Source of the DNA: an uncultured delta proteobacterium
GTDB lineage: Bacteria > Desulfobacterota > Binatia > Binatales > Binataceae
Reading direction: 5' to 3'
Length of the DNA: 64,000 nt
Assembly (NCBI GenBank): GCA_963801665.1
Contig: CAWDFL010000003.1
Span: forward strand, 207,697 to 271,696
This document shows positions 63,029 through 64,000 of the stretch, piece by piece (the stretch's first letter is position 1; each line of letters begins with the position of its first letter). Under the pieces are notes generated by a model that was not told the DNA's origin, ran no database searches, and was given only the letters and a program-made list of their open reading frames with translations. The translations under genes and the position numbers were made by a program.

Positions 63029-63084
63029 TATAGTGATTCCTTCACGCGGCCCTGCCGCGCATCGACAATCTCATCGAGGATGAA

Positions 63085-64000
63085 TCAGAAAGTAGGCAGA
63101 TGCTGAATCTCCTTATACTTGTAGTACCCCGCGCCAACACCATATTCCATGATTCCGAATCCGACATCGTTTCCGCAGCGCCATTCGATCAAATGATCGC
63201 TCAGCGTGCTGGCCTCGGCGAGCACCTTGGGATGGTTCAAATCCCAAACATCATGCTCGAAATAGTATTCGCCTTTGTCGTCGCCGTGGTACCATCCGCG
63301 ATATCCACCATATCCGCCACCTTTGAGATGCCATCGCGCGGGATGAGCCACGAATGATACTTGCCGGGTCTCGCCGTTGCTGAAATGAAGCTGGATGTCT
63401 CCGCCCTTAAGCGTCTGAACAGGACCGGACGCATCCCAACGAAATTCCTGCTCGGTTTTCTCCAGACGCCATCCGGGTTCGCCTTGTTCGCCGAATGGCC
63501 ATACCTTTTCGCCGCTCAGATAACTGTACTTGCCGGGACTGCGCTCGACGAAGCGCCAGTGAAGTGCATAGTCGCGGAATTGCACCACTGACCAACTGAA
63601 CAGGAACGGCGCGAAGGTTGTGCGCCTGGAGTCTGACGCGTCGGTGCGCAACACTCGCCGCGTTCCCCACGAACGGTCGCGATGTCCCCACCACGCATCT
63701 TCGCTGAGCGTGATTGTCTTGCCAGCGACCCCCAGGATGCCTTTGACCCGACCGACCTGATCGAAGCGCGAAATATCCTGCACGACCTTGCCGCCACTTT
63801 CGCGGAAGTCGTGTTCTTCTTCGTGCGGATTCATCGTCGCCGACCATTCAAGGTCGAGCCGCAGGCTCGACGGATTCTCGCCGAGCCGGATACGGAAGCG
63901 CCGCAATCCCTCGATCACTTCGACCGAGAGCGGACCGATCCTCACCTCGTCAATCTTCGGACGCAACGTTCGCGAGGCGCGAAAATTATACTGTTTCCCC
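63085..64000 (-). CDS. Hypothetical beta-rich protein (5' partial)
   Basis: Frame stays open to the window edge; GHRDRSWG motif recalls tocopherol-cyclase/AttH-like folds. Confidence 0.6.
   Translation of the reverse strand, partial: GKQYNFRASRTLRPKIDEVRIGPLSVEVIEGLRRFRIRLGENPSSLRLDLEWSATMNPHEEEHDFRESGGKVVQDISRFDQVGRVKGILGVAGKTITLSEDAWWGHRDRSWGTRRVLRTDASDSRRTTFAPFLFSWSVVQFRDYALHWRFVERSPGKYSYLSGEKVWPFGEQGEPGWRLEKTEQEFRWDASGPVQTLKGGDIQLHFSNGETRQVSFVAHPARWHLKGGGYGGYRGWYHGDDKGEYYFEHDVWDLNHPKVLAEASTLSDHLIEWRCGNDVGFGIMEYGVGAGYYKYKEIQHLPTF

Overview
GC-rich bacterial chromosomal window; the gene content (LLM monooxygenase, sulfatase, amidase, Rieske oxygenase, acyl-CoA dehydrogenase) suggests a soil Binatota/Deltaproteobacteria-like organism, which is an inference only. 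It is densely coding (about 55 genes): biotin carrier plus split methylmalonyl-CoA mutase, pyruvoyl arginine decarboxylase, ChdC/HemQ, an ECF sigma/anti-sigma pair, many catabolic enzymes, gnd-zwf, recC-recB-recD, an RND pump, an ars operon, an Mla/Pqi ABC system, cobQ, recQ, a stress cassette and a GSU2403-family nucleotidyltransferase. At least eight single-base frameshifts look like long-read errors. The best candidate for an undescribed system is a WYL-domain regulator divergent from recCBD across a symmetric bidirectional promoter, ATTATA-N10-AAGACA-N5-TGTCTT-N10-TATAAT, which has PafBC-type -26/-10 spacing on both strands. Other highlights: a SelW/Rdx selenoprotein (CxxU plus SECIS-like hairpin) absent from the ORF track, a ligase-less LigD, a metallothionein-like peptide, an in-frame Rieske alpha-beta fusion sharing a palindrome with a TetR gene, and twin dyads upstream of the nucleotidyltransferase. 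No rRNA, tRNA, CRISPR array or transposase was seen.
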